Below are positions 18,822-29,458 of a stretch of 64,000 nt of DNA, one piece after another. Made by a program: the position numbers and the translations under genes. Position 1 is the stretch's first letter; every line of letters starts with the position of its first letter. Source of the stretch: an uncultured archaeon. Its GTDB lineage: Archaea; Asgardarchaeota; Lokiarchaeia; Sigyniarchaeales; SOKP01. A model generated the notes under the pieces. It saw only the letters and a program-made list of their open reading frames with translations. It made no database searches and had not been told where the DNA came from. The stretch spans positions 37,288 through 101,287 of the forward strand of contig CAYUTF010000002.1 of assembly GCA_964447495.1 (NCBI GenBank). Reading direction: 5' to 3'.

Positions 18822-21821
18822 CTATTTAATGAGTTTCATGGGCTTTCCATGATGTTTTGGCACAGGTACATTACCACATGAAGCACCCATCCAGCAAACT
18901 AACTGATCTCCTTCCTTATGCATGGGTTTTCCGCAATGCATAGGCACATCTTGCTCAAGTCCACATTCTTCACATTTTAATTTTGACATACTTTTATCAT
19001 TCTCTTTTTTTTTATTTAGTTCAATATATTTTTCAGGATTGTTTTTAAATTCTGCTCTACATGATTCACTGCAAAAATAGTATTTCTTCCCATTTAATTC
19101 ATACTCAATCCAATCTTCTGGCTTCCCTTTCATGCCACATACAGGATCAGTAACTAATTCAGATTCCTCACTCATCATCTGCATTAATTTAGGATTCATG
19201 TTATCATAGTTTTTAAATTTCTCAGGCTCTCTTTTGAAATGTGCTTCACAATTAGGACTACAAAAATGATATAATTTATCCTCATATACGTATTCAATCG
19301 CACGGCGGGGCTCAATTTTCATACCACATACAGGATCAACAACCTTTTCTTGGGATAATAATATTCGTTCCTCTTCAACTTGTAATGGAGTCTTTGGTTC
19401 GTATCTTTTCAGAAGCAGCGCATTTGCTACTACTGAAACTGAACTGGAAGCCATAAAAACCGCTGCTAAATAGGGAGGCAAAAAGAATCCAGTGACATAA
19501 TATAAAACTCCTGCTGCAATTGGTATACCTATTAGATTATATATAAATGCCCAGAATAAATTGGTTAACATTTTCTTGTAGGTTTTTTTAGATAAATTAA
19601 TCGCAGCTACAACATTTCTTAAGTCTCCGCGCATTAAAACGATATCTGCTGTTTCTATAGCTATATCTGTACCTGAACCAATCGCAATCCCGACATCAGC
19701 TTGAGCCAATGCAGGAGCATCATTGATTCCATCCCCGACCATTGCAACTACTGCTTTTTTATATTCCTGCAATTTTTTAATAGTCTCGGCTTTTTCGTTA
19801 GGAAGAACTTCTGCTAAGATATTATTTTCTTCTATTCCTAGTTGCTTTCCAATGCTTAAACCAGTTTTTTTATTATCCCCAGTTATCATATAAATCTTAA
19901 GTCCCTTTTCCTTTAATTTTTCGAGTGTATAGAATGCCTGGTCTTTGATTTTATCTGAAATACCAATAACTCCCCGTAATTTATTGTCAACACTGATTAA
20001 AATTGAAGTCACTCCGTCTTCTTGGAATTCATTTAATTTTGAATGGTATTTATCTATGGAAACGTTATTCTCAAGCATTAATTTTTCATTACCGACAATG
20101 ACCTCTTCATCATTTATTTTTGCGATGATTCCTTTTCCCGGTTTCGCATCAAATTCATTAGGAGTTTCTAAGACTAATCCTCTTTGATTAGCTTCCTCTA
20201 TTATTGCACGAGCTAATGGATGTTCAGAACCCATTTCAGCACTACCCGCAGCGAATAAGACCTTTCGTTCGTCAAATCCGTCTCCATTTAATTCTTTCTC
20301 AGTGAAAATTTTTGAAACTCTTGGTTTCCCGACAGTTAAAGTTCCAGTTTTATCGAAAACAATGGTGTTAACCGAATTAATTGCTTCCAATGAGTCTCCT
20401 CCTTTGAGTAAGATCCCATTTTCCGCTCCTTTCCCTGTTCCCACCATTATAGCAGTTGGAATTGCTAAGCCTAGGGCACATGGACATGAAATTACAACAA
20501 CAGAAGTAAATACAAGTAAGGATAATTCTAAACGTTGGGAAAATTCCATATCGTTAAATGCTATAAAAAACCAATATAAAAACGCCCCAATAGCAATTAA
20601 AACTACAGTTGGTACAAAATAATTGCTAACTTTATCGGCGAGTCTTTGTTTTGCCGCCTTTTTACTTTGTGCTTCCTTTACAAAGTCAATAATTTGGAAC
20701 AGAAGAGTGTCTTTCCCTATTCGTTCAGATACTACATTTATTAGCCCAGTTTGATTCACTGTTGCCCCAATTACTTCACTATCAACTTCCTTTTTTACAT
20801 ATTGACTTTCACCGGTAATCATCGACTCATCAATTTTAGATTTTCCTTTTACTACTCTCCCATCGACAGGGATTTTCTCACCGGGTCTCACAATTAAAAT
20901 ATCTCCAACTTCAATCTCTTCTATAGGAATCTCTAATTCTTTTCCATCTTTTAACAACGTTGCTGTCTTAGGTTGTAAGCCAATAAGTTTTTTTATTGCC
21001 TCAGATGTTTGCCCTTTTGTCTTTTGTTCAAAATATTTCCCAATTAATAGGAATGATAAAATCATTGACATTGCTTCATAAAATGTTTTTCCATCAATGA
21101 AGAAAGTTGTTAATATTGAATAGACTAAGGCAGTAGTAGTTCCTAACGCAACTAAAACATCCATATTTGTTGATTTATTTTTTAATGATTTGTATGCTCC
21201 TATAAGAAAAAAAGAACCTGCAATACTATAATTGCCTAAAGCTAAGAAAAAAAGTACAATATTCCTAATAAAAGATTCTGCTACCCACCAGCTTATTGGA
21301 GTAATAACCAGAGTAAAACTTAAAGATATCAATAAGATTCGAAGCCTATATCTCATTTCTTTTTTATGTTTTTCAATTTCCTTATCAATAGCCCCTGCTG
21401 CTTTTTCGATATTATAACCCAATTTCTTAATATTCGTATATATTTTATTTTCATCAATTTTTAATTCATTGAATTCAATGAATAATTTAGATGCCACAAA
21501 ATTTCCTCGAACATTATATATCCCCTCAATTAATTTAACATTACTAATTAGTGAATTAAAAGCATTCTCATCAAGGGGATCATTAATTTTAATATCCACT
21601 TTTGCTAAAGTTGATTTATAACCTAAATCACGAATAGCTTTATCAAATTCTCCATAATTTGTTAATTTATCATTATATTCTACTGTCGCTTCCTCATTCG
21701 CGAAATTTACCACGGAACTAGAAACTCCTGGCATATCTTTAAGTTTTGTTTCAATTTTTAAAGCACATGATGCACAAGTCATTCCGCCAAGCTTGATTTT
21801 AATTTTTTCTGGAGATTCCAG
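18822..21821 (-). CDS. copA: Cu(I)-translocating P1B-type ATPase with HMA, two YHS domains and a Cys/His-rich tail; probable CTG start at 21821
   Basis: GMTCASC, TGES, CPCALG, DKTGT, GDGIND, YN and MxxSS Cu(I) signatures, and two DPVCGM..FCS..C YHS units. The ORF-track start (21782) cuts the first HMA strand; a GGTGA RBS precedes the in-frame CTG. Confidence 0.9.
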   Translation of the reverse strand: MESPEKIKIKLGGMTCASCALKIETKLKDMPGVSSSVVNFANEEATVEYNDKLTNYGEFDKAIRDLGYKSTLAKVDIKINDPLDENAFNSLISNVKLIEGIYNVRGNFVASKLFIEFNELKIDENKIYTNIKKLGYNIEKAAGAIDKEIEKHKKEMRYRLRILLISLSFTLVITPISWWVAESFIRNIVLFFLALGNYSIAGSFFLIGAYKSLKNKSTNMDVLVALGTTTALVYSILTTFFIDGKTFYEAMSMILSFLLIGKYFEQKTKGQTSEAIKKLIGLQPKTATLLKDGKELEIPIEEIEVGDILIVRPGEKIPVDGRVVKGKSKIDESMITGESQYVKKEVDSEVIGATVNQTGLINVVSERIGKDTLLFQIIDFVKEAQSKKAAKQRLADKVSNYFVPTVVLIAIGAFLYWFFIAFNDMEFSQRLELSLLVFTSVVVISCPCALGLAIPTAIMVGTGKGAENGILLKGGDSLEAINSVNTIVFDKTGTLTVGKPRVSKIFTEKELNGDGFDERKVLFAAGSAEMGSEHPLARAIIEEANQRGLVLETPNEFDAKPGKGIIAKINDEEVIVGNEKLMLENNVSIDKYHSKLNEFQEDGVTSILISVDNKLRGVIGISDKIKDQAFYTLEKLKEKGLKIYMITGDNKKTGLSIGKQLGIEENNILAEVLPNEKAETIKKLQEYKKAVVAMVGDGINDAPALAQADVGIAIGSGTDIAIETADIVLMRGDLRNVVAAINLSKKTYKKMLTNLFWAFIYNLIGIPIAAGVLYYVTGFFLPPYLAAVFMASSSVSVVANALLLKRYEPKTPLQVEEERILLSQEKVVDPVCGMKIEPRRAIEYVYEDKLYHFCSPNCEAHFKREPEKFKNYDNMNPKLMQMMSEESELVTDPVCGMKGKPEDWIEYELNGKKYYFCSESCRAEFKNNPEKYIELNKKKENDKSMSKLKCEECGLEQDVPMHCGKPMHKEGDQLVCWMGASCGNVPVPKHHGKPMKLIK

Positions 21822-21981
21822 ATTTAATCACCTTATAAAATAATCCTACTCTAAAAATAGATAATACAATAAAAATAGCTATTGCTTATAATTTGAAATA
21901 CATCCGAATTATTTACAAATAATAAGTACTACTAAGGGAGAGATTTCATTTAAAGTATTACTATATTTAAAATAGAGACTC

Positions 21982-22368
21982 TTAGCTCTTATTTTGTTTA
22001 GAAAAATATTTCTGAATTGCATCATGTAAAGCATCAGCTGCTAAATTGCTGCAGTGGAGCTTTATAGGAGGTAATCCGCCCAATGAGTCAGCAACATCAT
22101 CTCTTGTTATTTTATTAGCTTCTTCTAAAGTTTTTCCTTTAGCTAATTCAGTAATCATTGACGATGTAGCTATGGCTGCGGCACAGCCAAATGTTTGAAA
22201 GGAAATATCATTAATAATTTTCTTTCCTTCCTTCTCTTTGACCTTAATATATATATACATAAGATCTCCGCAAACAGGGTTCCCAAACTCGCCCACAACA
22301 TCTGCATCCTTCATTTCTCCAATATTCCGAGGATTTTTGAAATGATCCAATACTTTATCTGAGTACAA
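21982..22368 (-). CDS. iscU: Fe-S cluster scaffold IscU/NifU
   Basis: YSDKVLDHFKNPRN, GNPVCGD, TFGCAAAIA and KLHCSNLA. Confidence 0.92.
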   Translation of the reverse strand: MYSDKVLDHFKNPRNIGEMKDADVVGEFGNPVCGDLMYIYIKVKEKEGKKIINDISFQTFGCAAAIATSSMITELAKGKTLEEANKITRDDVADSLGGLPPIKLHCSNLAADALHDAIQKYFSKQNKS

Positions 22369-22442
22369 TGTTGCTAACCTTCTTTAATTTAATGAATGTC
22401 AAATGTGTAATGTAAAATTCTAATATTATATTGATATTGTAT

Positions 22443-24725
22443 TTAATTTAAAATTAATAATTTTCTTTTCTGAGGTAATGATACCTTCTCTACACCTAAT
22501 TCTTTCACATAGTCTACAACGTCTATTAGATTTTTAGCAGACTGATGAAAAAAGCATACTTCTTTCGGTTCAAGGTTTTCAATCATTTTTGTGAGTTGTT
22601 TTTTATCAGAGTGTAGGATAATTTTTAACTGAGGAACAAAAGTATTTATTAATAGTGCTCTGAAGGGGACTTTCCATGTTTCTGAAAATGTAATTTCATC
22701 GCTTCCAGAAATTAAAGCTTGTCCAGGTTCTTCATGAATAGAGCCTGCGAGATAGACTAAATTATGTGGATTCCTTCCAATGATATTAATAATGTTTCGA
22801 ATAATCCCATAGGAGAGATCAGGAGGATGACTTATAATAATATTATTCTTTTTTCTTAAAAATTCTAAATCCGTTACGTCAAACCACCGAAATTTTATAC
22901 TATTAAAAGGATTCGCTTTATCTCGTATGAGGTTAGAAATTGGTCCGTAAATATATTCATAGCGATGATTTATAACTTGAATATTTTTCTTTACCATCAT
23001 ATCGACATAAATATTGGGTCTATTTTTAAAATTCTTTCTTATTTGTAGTTTTCTAAAATATCTCCAAAAGATTAACATGAAAGTAATTGCTAAACTTGAA
23101 GGGTCAGCTCCGATTAACACACTATCCTCATATTCTGCTTTTTGTTCCAAGAATAATATTAAACTGTGAAATGTTTCAGATATATCTCCGTAATCTTCCA
23201 TTGCACAGGTTCCATCTATTAGAAGATAATCAATAGGTTTCGAAATTTGTCCTAAAAATCTTCTTGTTCCAGCAAACGGGGTTATATCATAATAAGTGTA
23301 ATCCCCTGTATATAGAAAACGGAAATCCTTGACTTTTGCTAATATCATTAGTGCGCCAGGCATGTGACCCGCATGGTAGAAAGAAAGATAACATCCCTTC
23401 TCCTTGAATTTTACCTTCGAACCGTTTTCTACATAAATAACATTTCTAACTATATTTTGATATTCCTCTTCCTCTATATTTGTATGTGATTCTTGCTTCA
23501 AAAAGTTAGAATCGCGAAGTAAATATAAATCCAAAGTTATTCTTGAGCATAAAATTGGAATATCAGGAAAAGTTTTTATGAGTTGTTTTAATCCAGAGAT
23601 ATGATCGTAATGGCTATGTGATAAAAATATTGCATCTATCTCAGAATTTACTTGTTCAAAGTTAATATCTTTTTCTAGTTCCAATTGACTCCTTTTTTTC
23701 TCAGCATCAGCCAGAAGTTTTGAAAAATTAACTAAATATTCTTGTATATAGTTGAAATCACCTTCTTTATCCTCTTCTTCTTTTGGTTCAGAGAGACCGC
23801 AATCTAATAAAATATTGAGCTTTCCTAATCCTAAGATATGACAGTTATGATTTGGTTTCAATACAATAGGATATATTGTAACTCTTATCTTTTCAGAATC
23901 ACTTTCCCCATTATTTAAAGAAATATTTTCAAAGTATGATTCATTATATCTCTTCTCGATTTTATCAATAGCAAGTGAGATTTCACTACCTCCAACAGGG
24001 ACGCCTGTTATGTAAAAATACCAGCCATATTTATTTACTATCTCCTTTAAATTTTCATACATCACGTCTGCAATTAAAGATTTTACCACAATAACTCTTT
24101 TTTCTTGATAATATATTATTTTTTTTATTGATTTCTTCTCCTTTTCAGGAATAGTTTGGTTCTTATAAAAGAGATCATCGAGGACTTCTTTAATGGGCAT
24201 TTGAGGGATTTTTTCTGATTCTAAAACTCGTTTGTAAGCAAAATATTCTTTAGTATTGTATAAAGCCCGCATATTTCGTTTTTCTTTTAAACTAATTGTA
24301 TTATCGTTGAACTGGTATTTTTCGGTGAGTATAGTTTCTTCTTCTTTATGGATTTGAGCTTTTTTTTGCTTCTTCTTTTCAGCTTTTAAAACATAAAAAT
24401 ACCATCCATACATTTGAATTAATTTATCCCGATTATAGATGAAATCTTTTCCAGATTTAGTAATGGGTATAATAGTTCTATGTTTTTCTGAAAATATTAT
24501 TCTAGAAATTGATTTTTTTGTTTTTTCAGAAATAAGATTATTTTTTACAAAGAGATGTTCTATTACTTCCTTTATAGGTTTTTGAAGGATATTTTTTTGT
24601 TCCATTAATTTTAGTTTATTGGAATATGATTTAGTTTTAAAAGAGACATCAGATATGTCTTTTTCTTCTAAATTAATTGTATAATCCGAAAATTTTAATT
24701 CCTCACTAACCATTAAATAGATCAA
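22443..24725 (-). CDS. Metallo-beta-lactamase/beta-CASP ribonuclease-like protein with duplicated N-terminal domain
   Basis: LLDCG, SHSHYDH, AGHMPGA, YTGDY and LLIDGT motifs, as in the CPSF73-like family. Confidence 0.8.
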   Translation of the reverse strand: MIYLMVSEELKFSDYTINLEEKDISDVSFKTKSYSNKLKLMEQKNILQKPIKEVIEHLFVKNNLISEKTKKSISRIIFSEKHRTIIPITKSGKDFIYNRDKLIQMYGWYFYVLKAEKKKQKKAQIHKEEETILTEKYQFNDNTISLKEKRNMRALYNTKEYFAYKRVLESEKIPQMPIKEVLDDLFYKNQTIPEKEKKSIKKIIYYQEKRVIVVKSLIADVMYENLKEIVNKYGWYFYITGVPVGGSEISLAIDKIEKRYNESYFENISLNNGESDSEKIRVTIYPIVLKPNHNCHILGLGKLNILLDCGLSEPKEEEDKEGDFNYIQEYLVNFSKLLADAEKKRSQLELEKDINFEQVNSEIDAIFLSHSHYDHISGLKQLIKTFPDIPILCSRITLDLYLLRDSNFLKQESHTNIEEEEYQNIVRNVIYVENGSKVKFKEKGCYLSFYHAGHMPGALMILAKVKDFRFLYTGDYTYYDITPFAGTRRFLGQISKPIDYLLIDGTCAMEDYGDISETFHSLILFLEQKAEYEDSVLIGADPSSLAITFMLIFWRYFRKLQIRKNFKNRPNIYVDMMVKKNIQVINHRYEYIYGPISNLIRDKANPFNSIKFRWFDVTDLEFLRKKNNIIISHPPDLSYGIIRNIINIIGRNPHNLVYLAGSIHEEPGQALISGSDEITFSETWKVPFRALLINTFVPQLKIILHSDKKQLTKMIENLEPKEVCFFHQSAKNLIDVVDYVKELGVEKVSLPQKRKLLILN

Positions 24726-24776
24726 ATTATCTTAACAAAAAATTGTTACGAATTTTTCATATTTTTTATTTATCAC

Positions 24777-25355
24777 TTAAACCTTTCGTCTTTTAAATAA
24801 AAGCCAACGAGTTCTTTCTCTTGGAGGAAAATTACCTCCATCAACAGAACTTACTTGTTCAATAGAAATAAAAGCTTTGGGATTATTCTTTCTAATGATA
24901 CTTAAAACTTTGGGAAGATTTTTACGTTTAATAATTAACATAACTAATTTAACCATTCCCTTTGTCCCTTCAGCAGTCATAGTAGTTAATCCATATCCTT
25001 TTTCTCTTAAAATATTGATTAATTTTTCTGGATTTTCTTTAACTATTAAATGAAGATTTAATAATCCTAATGAAATTTTATTTTCGATCATTAAACCCAC
25101 ATAATTTCCCGTTGCAAAACCTCCCGCATATGCAAAATAATAGATTATATTTGTTAAATCGCTGAATATTTGTCCAATTGCTAGTAACCATATTAAAATC
25201 TCAAAAAATCCCACAATGGGAGCTAATTTTTTCCTACCTTGTGAAATAAACACTATTCTTAAAGTTCCTAATGTTACATCAGCAACCCGAGCGAAAAAAA
25301 TAAGTATTGGTAAAATAATCAAAGAAAATATTGGATTTTCAAATAAAAATAACAT
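24777..25355 (-). CDS. DUF2179/DUF5698 (UPF0316) membrane protein
   Basis: ARVADVTLGTLR, GFFEILIWL and YAGGFATGNYVG. Confidence 0.85.
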   Translation of the reverse strand: MLFLFENPIFSLIILPILIFFARVADVTLGTLRIVFISQGRKKLAPIVGFFEILIWLLAIGQIFSDLTNIIYYFAYAGGFATGNYVGLMIENKISLGLLNLHLIVKENPEKLINILREKGYGLTTMTAEGTKGMVKLVMLIIKRKNLPKVLSIIRKNNPKAFISIEQVSSVDGGNFPPRERTRWLLFKRRKV

Positions 25356-25434
25356 AAGTAATCAAATAATAACATCCTAATAGATATTAAATAAAAATTA
25401 TCAGGAAAAAAATACTTTATGAACAAAAAAAAGA

Positions 25435-25860
25435 TTATTTTTGCTTTGAAAAAACAGTATTTTTTAAGATTGTTTTTAATTCATTAAGAGGATAACCTTT
25501 ACTTTCTAAATCAGTTACAACATTAGCAGTACTAAGAGCGTTTAGCATCTCTTTTTGGTTTTCTTTTGAAAGTTCTACACCTATTTCAGTTGGTAATGAT
25601 TTCTCAGTATATGCTATTTCATTTAGTTCCATAAATCTAGGCATTATGAATTTCTCTAATTTTTCACTAAACTTTGATGATATAGTTGATGATACTGACA
25701 TTAAATCAATTGCTTCTACAAACACGTTAATTAGATTTTTGTTTACTTTAATAATTCCATATTCTTGCCCTTTTTTCTTAAATTCACTTTTTATATAAAT
25801 GATATCATTTACTATCGAATTATATTTATAAGTATATTGATTCATTTTTTCATCACCCAA
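25435..25860 (-). CDS. Hypothetical protein
   Basis: 141-aa ORF, co-oriented with its neighbours. Confidence 0.55.
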   Translation of the reverse strand: MGDEKMNQYTYKYNSIVNDIIYIKSEFKKKGQEYGIIKVNKNLINVFVEAIDLMSVSSTISSKFSEKLEKFIMPRFMELNEIAYTEKSLPTEIGVELSKENQKEMLNALSTANVVTDLESKGYPLNELKTILKNTVFSKQK

Positions 25861-25928
25861 GAAAATAGTTCTCTGGTTTTTAATAATAACATCTTTTTTT
25901 TAAAATTTTTTATTATAAAATTATTCTT

Positions 25929-26555
25929 CTATTTTTTTTGTGTTTTTTCTATCTCTTTTTTTAAATTATTCATTTCTAAATTAATTTTATTTATATCCTC
26001 GTTCAATTTAAGCCAATCTTGTTCTATTAAACTATACTCTTTTTTAAGCTTTTTTGCATCAGAATCAGAACTTTCTTGTTCCATTTTATTTCGTAACTCA
26101 TCTAATTCTTCTTTTTTTTTCGTTAAGTACGTTTCTAACGTTTTTGCTTCTTCTTCTTTTGTTAATATTTGCTTCAAAATTAATTCTCTTTTATCCATAT
26201 CAATTAGTTCTTCGATTCTAGTAAGATATCGTTTAATAAGAGTAAGGTTAATCTCTTTTGATTCTTCATTTTTAAAAAACAATGCGATATTACTCTCTTC
26301 ACCTAGTTTCAATAATATAATGGATACTTCTTCTGTTTCAAATATAAGTTTGATATAATCATTAGTTTTAAACTTACATAAACCATTAATTTTTCTTGCC
26401 TGATTTAATATTTTCGCTAAAACTTCACCTAATTTAGGGATATTAATATCTTGCTCAAATGTGGTTTGAAAAATAGTGCCATTATTATAAAACATTACTA
26501 TATGAATTACTTCGGGTAATGCTGCTTTTATACGATTGATATTTTTAAAAACCAT
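25929..26555 (-). CDS. Roadblock-like domain plus C-terminal coiled coil
   Basis: LPEVIHIVMFYNNGTIF..KLIFETEEVSIILLKLGEESNIALF, then a Glu/Lys heptad tail. Confidence 0.6.
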   Translation of the reverse strand: MVFKNINRIKAALPEVIHIVMFYNNGTIFQTTFEQDINIPKLGEVLAKILNQARKINGLCKFKTNDYIKLIFETEEVSIILLKLGEESNIALFFKNEESKEINLTLIKRYLTRIEELIDMDKRELILKQILTKEEEAKTLETYLTKKKEELDELRNKMEQESSDSDAKKLKKEYSLIEQDWLKLNEDINKINLEMNNLKKEIEKTQKK

Positions 26556-26561
26556 TTTATC

Positions 26562-28014
26562 TCACTCTATGAAAATATTTCTAAATCTATTTATAACTTT
26601 TTCAATTATGTTTTTTAACTTTTTAGGACCAATCTTAATTATAATAAAAAGTGTAATGATTAGGATAACAATAGATAAAGTAATCATTATTCCAATAAGA
26701 AACTTGAAGATTAGAGTATAATATATCGATGCTAGTGTTATCTGATAGAGTGTTGTTATAAAACCTATTTTGAAAAACTGTTTAAAACTGATAGGACGCT
26801 TATTTTGTTCAGCTATTTGGACTACTAATATGTTATCCCCAAGCGGTGTAAGATTATCTCCCCAATTAGCTCCAATAGCTAGACAAAAGAAAAATTGATG
26901 TCGCATAGCTGATGGGTAGTTATTTGAAATGGTATTTATGACAGGGATTAACAATTTAGTTATAGGAATATTATCAATAGCACTGCTTAAAAATGAAGAT
27001 ATCCAGAGAATAATAATGAGTTGAGAAAATATATCTCCTCCAGAGAGATTTGACATTATTTCTCCCAGGAATTGAACAACTCCCAGGATATCAAGAGCTC
27101 CAGCAATAATAAATATCCCCAAAAGATAGAGGATTAACTCAAAATCTATTTTAGAAATAATTTGTTTTGCTTCAAGTCTACTAATGATTATTAAAAATAA
27201 TGCCATAATTAACGCAATTATATCAGTAGGTAATATTGATGTAGGAATAATAATAAACAAGATAAATACAAGGATTAACGTAAATAGTGATTTTAATAAC
27301 AACATTTTATTAGGTACAAAATTCCATACATTAAATTCTCTTAAAATTTTAATACCTTCTTGGGGGATGTCTAGGGATTTCCTAAATATAAAAATAAAGA
27401 AGACAAGTGTTAAACAAAAATTATTAAAGAAATCGTTCCAACATTCAAAAAGAAATCAATAAATTGAATATCAGCATAAGTACTAATTAATATATTAGGT
27501 ATAGATGAAATCGTGAAAAAAGTTCCACCAATATTGACTAAAATTGCTTGAGTTAGTATATAAGCAGAAGGATTTACATTTAAAATACGAGAAACTGTTA
27601 TTGTCAGAGGGATAAGTATAATAACAGTCAGAATGTTGTTTAATATCGCAGAAATAAATATCGTAATTAAACAAAAAATTGACATTAGATAAAGTGGCTT
27701 TCCTTTTGATAGTTTAATTAAGTTTAAAGCGATATATTGAAAAAGCCCTGCTTCATTAGAAATTGCCACAATAAGCATCATGCTTATAATTAAAATAAGG
27801 GAGTGAAGATTTACAAAACCTTCACTTTCAGTTCCAAATAATAGTTCAATGATTACATTAAAGTTCATTCCTTCTAAGAACGTTCATACAAAATAAACAA
27901 TAACTGCTCCTGATAAAGCTGCTATTGCTCTATTTAATTTTTCTGTGATTATAAGAATTATTACTCCAATGAAACATCCTAAAGCTATAATTATACTAAG
28001 AATTTTATAATCAC
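26562..28014 (-). pseudogene. SLC13/ArsB/NhaD-family permease, disrupted
   Basis: Homology runs from ~28014 (DYKILSIIIAL..EKLNRAIAAL). There is no in-frame start, an in-frame TGA at 27884-27886, and a 1-nt frameshift in a T-run near 27410. SAILNN and SSAIDNIP motifs are present. Confidence 0.7.
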
Positions 28015-28109
28015 TATATCATCATCAATTTATATTAGAAATATATAGCGATTTGTTAAATAAAAAAAAATTTTTTATTTTAATTTTAAATAAGAGAAAT
28101 TTTTTGATT

Positions 28110-28775
28110 TTAATATAACTTGGACAATTTTACTAAATCTATTGGCCCCTTAATATTGATCAAACTAGTTAAATTTTGATCTAGAGGTTGTATCTTTTCC
28201 TCTACAGGCACATAATTAATTTTCCAGTTTTTATCAATTAAGTTTAGTAGTCCGTAATTCTCATTCATTAAGATTTCTTTTGCTTTTTGGAATCCTTTCT
28301 CCACGGGATAAATTGCAAAATATGGTTCTAAAAAACCATTTTTCCATTGGGGGATAACACAATCATAACCGATAGCTTGTTTTATCATAAGTTCAACAAC
28401 TTCTGGCTTAATTAACGGCATATCACAAGACAATACAAATGCTTTCTGAAAATTTTGTCTTAAGAGTTCTTTAAATCCAGAATATATGCCCAACATTGGT
28501 TGAAAAATTTTAGGATGATTAAAAATAGCTCGATCATCAACAATAAAAGTAATTTCTCTTGGAAATTCGATTTCTTTCCTATAACTAAATATTTGTTCAT
28601 CTGAATGGGCGACTAAAAAGATATCTTCATCAAATTTAGTTAGTGTCTCTATTTGGTGCAAAATTAGTGGTTTTCCTAATAATTGTATTACTGCTTTTTC
28701 AGTTCCAAAGCGAGTACTTTTTCCTCCTATTAGTATTAAAATAGCTAATTTTTTAGAATTCTCTTCGCTAGCCAT
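28110..28775 (-). CDS. mobA: Molybdenum cofactor guanylyltransferase
   Basis: ILIGGKSTRFGTEKA, VLSCDMP, LEPYFAIY and NIKGPID. Confidence 0.88.
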   Translation of the reverse strand: MASEENSKKLAILILIGGKSTRFGTEKAVIQLLGKPLILHQIETLTKFDEDIFLVAHSDEQIFSYRKEIEFPREITFIVDDRAIFNHPKIFQPMLGIYSGFKELLRQNFQKAFVLSCDMPLIKPEVVELMIKQAIGYDCVIPQWKNGFLEPYFAIYPVEKGFQKAKEILMNENYGLLNLIDKNWKINYVPVEEKIQPLDQNLTSLINIKGPIDLVKLSKLY

Positions 28776-28912
28776 ATAATCAATTATGATGAATTAAAAT
28801 ATATTTTTTATTAATAATGAGAAGTCGCTTTAAAAAAAATTTTCACTTATTTTGAATATCAATTATAGAATCGAAGAACGAGCATAGTAGAATTTGCAGA
28901 TTAGAGTAATAC

Positions 28913-29092
28913 TTAATCCTCATCTATGTCATCATCTATATCATCAAAATCGTCATCGTCCATATCCCAGTCCTCATCGTTTTCATCGGAATCTTCGTCA
29001 TCGAAGTCTCCATCGTTATCATCATCATCATCATCATCCCAATCTTCATCGTCCTCGTCTTTCTCCAACCCAATATTATATTCTAGGTCCAT
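28913..29092 (-). CDS. Hyperacidic 59-aa protein
   Basis: Hand translation: MDLEYNIGLEKDEDDEDWDDDDDDDNDGDFDDEDSDENDEDWDMDDDDFDDIDDDIDED, with GGAG upstream. This explains the poly-Ser and poly-His plus-strand shadow ORFs. Confidence 0.7.
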   Translation of the reverse strand: MDLEYNIGLEKDEDDEDWDDDDDDDNDGDFDDEDSDENDEDWDMDDDDFDDIDDDIDED

Positions 29093-29458
29093 ATCTTTCT
29101 CTCCTTTTTTTTTATTTATTTCATATTATTAAACTATATATAAACAATTACATTAAAAATCAATATGGATATTTAAATATTACTCTTTAAACCCGCTATT
29201 TTTAAACTTTACTCCAATTAATTTAATTGGAAAAAATTTATAAACTATTATAGGCATATTATTGTTTAAAAATCTAATAAAATTTCATAGATTTTATATT
29301 AAAATTTATTGCTAAAAAGGTCTATCTAGAAAGAATATTCGATGATAAAACTACTACCAATTAATTTAATTGGATTTAGATTTTCCCTACTCTATAGACT
29401 TTTTTGTAAAATGTTTATTTTTAATTCACATAATACATAATAAAATGTAAAAAGGAAA

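Noticed and set aside
25765-26358. 197-aa plus-strand ORF
   Set aside because: It is antisense to two better-supported minus-strand genes; the Phe/Ser bias reflects the reverse complement of Lys/Glu codons.
27884-27886. In-frame TGA as possible selenocysteine or recoded Trp
   Set aside because: It lies in a TM helix of a gene with other lesions, no SECIS was recognised, and TGA is used as a normal stop elsewhere in the window.
28894-29190. Plus-strand poly-His and poly-Ser ORFs
   Set aside because: They are shadows of the Asp-rich minus-strand ORF 28913-29092.
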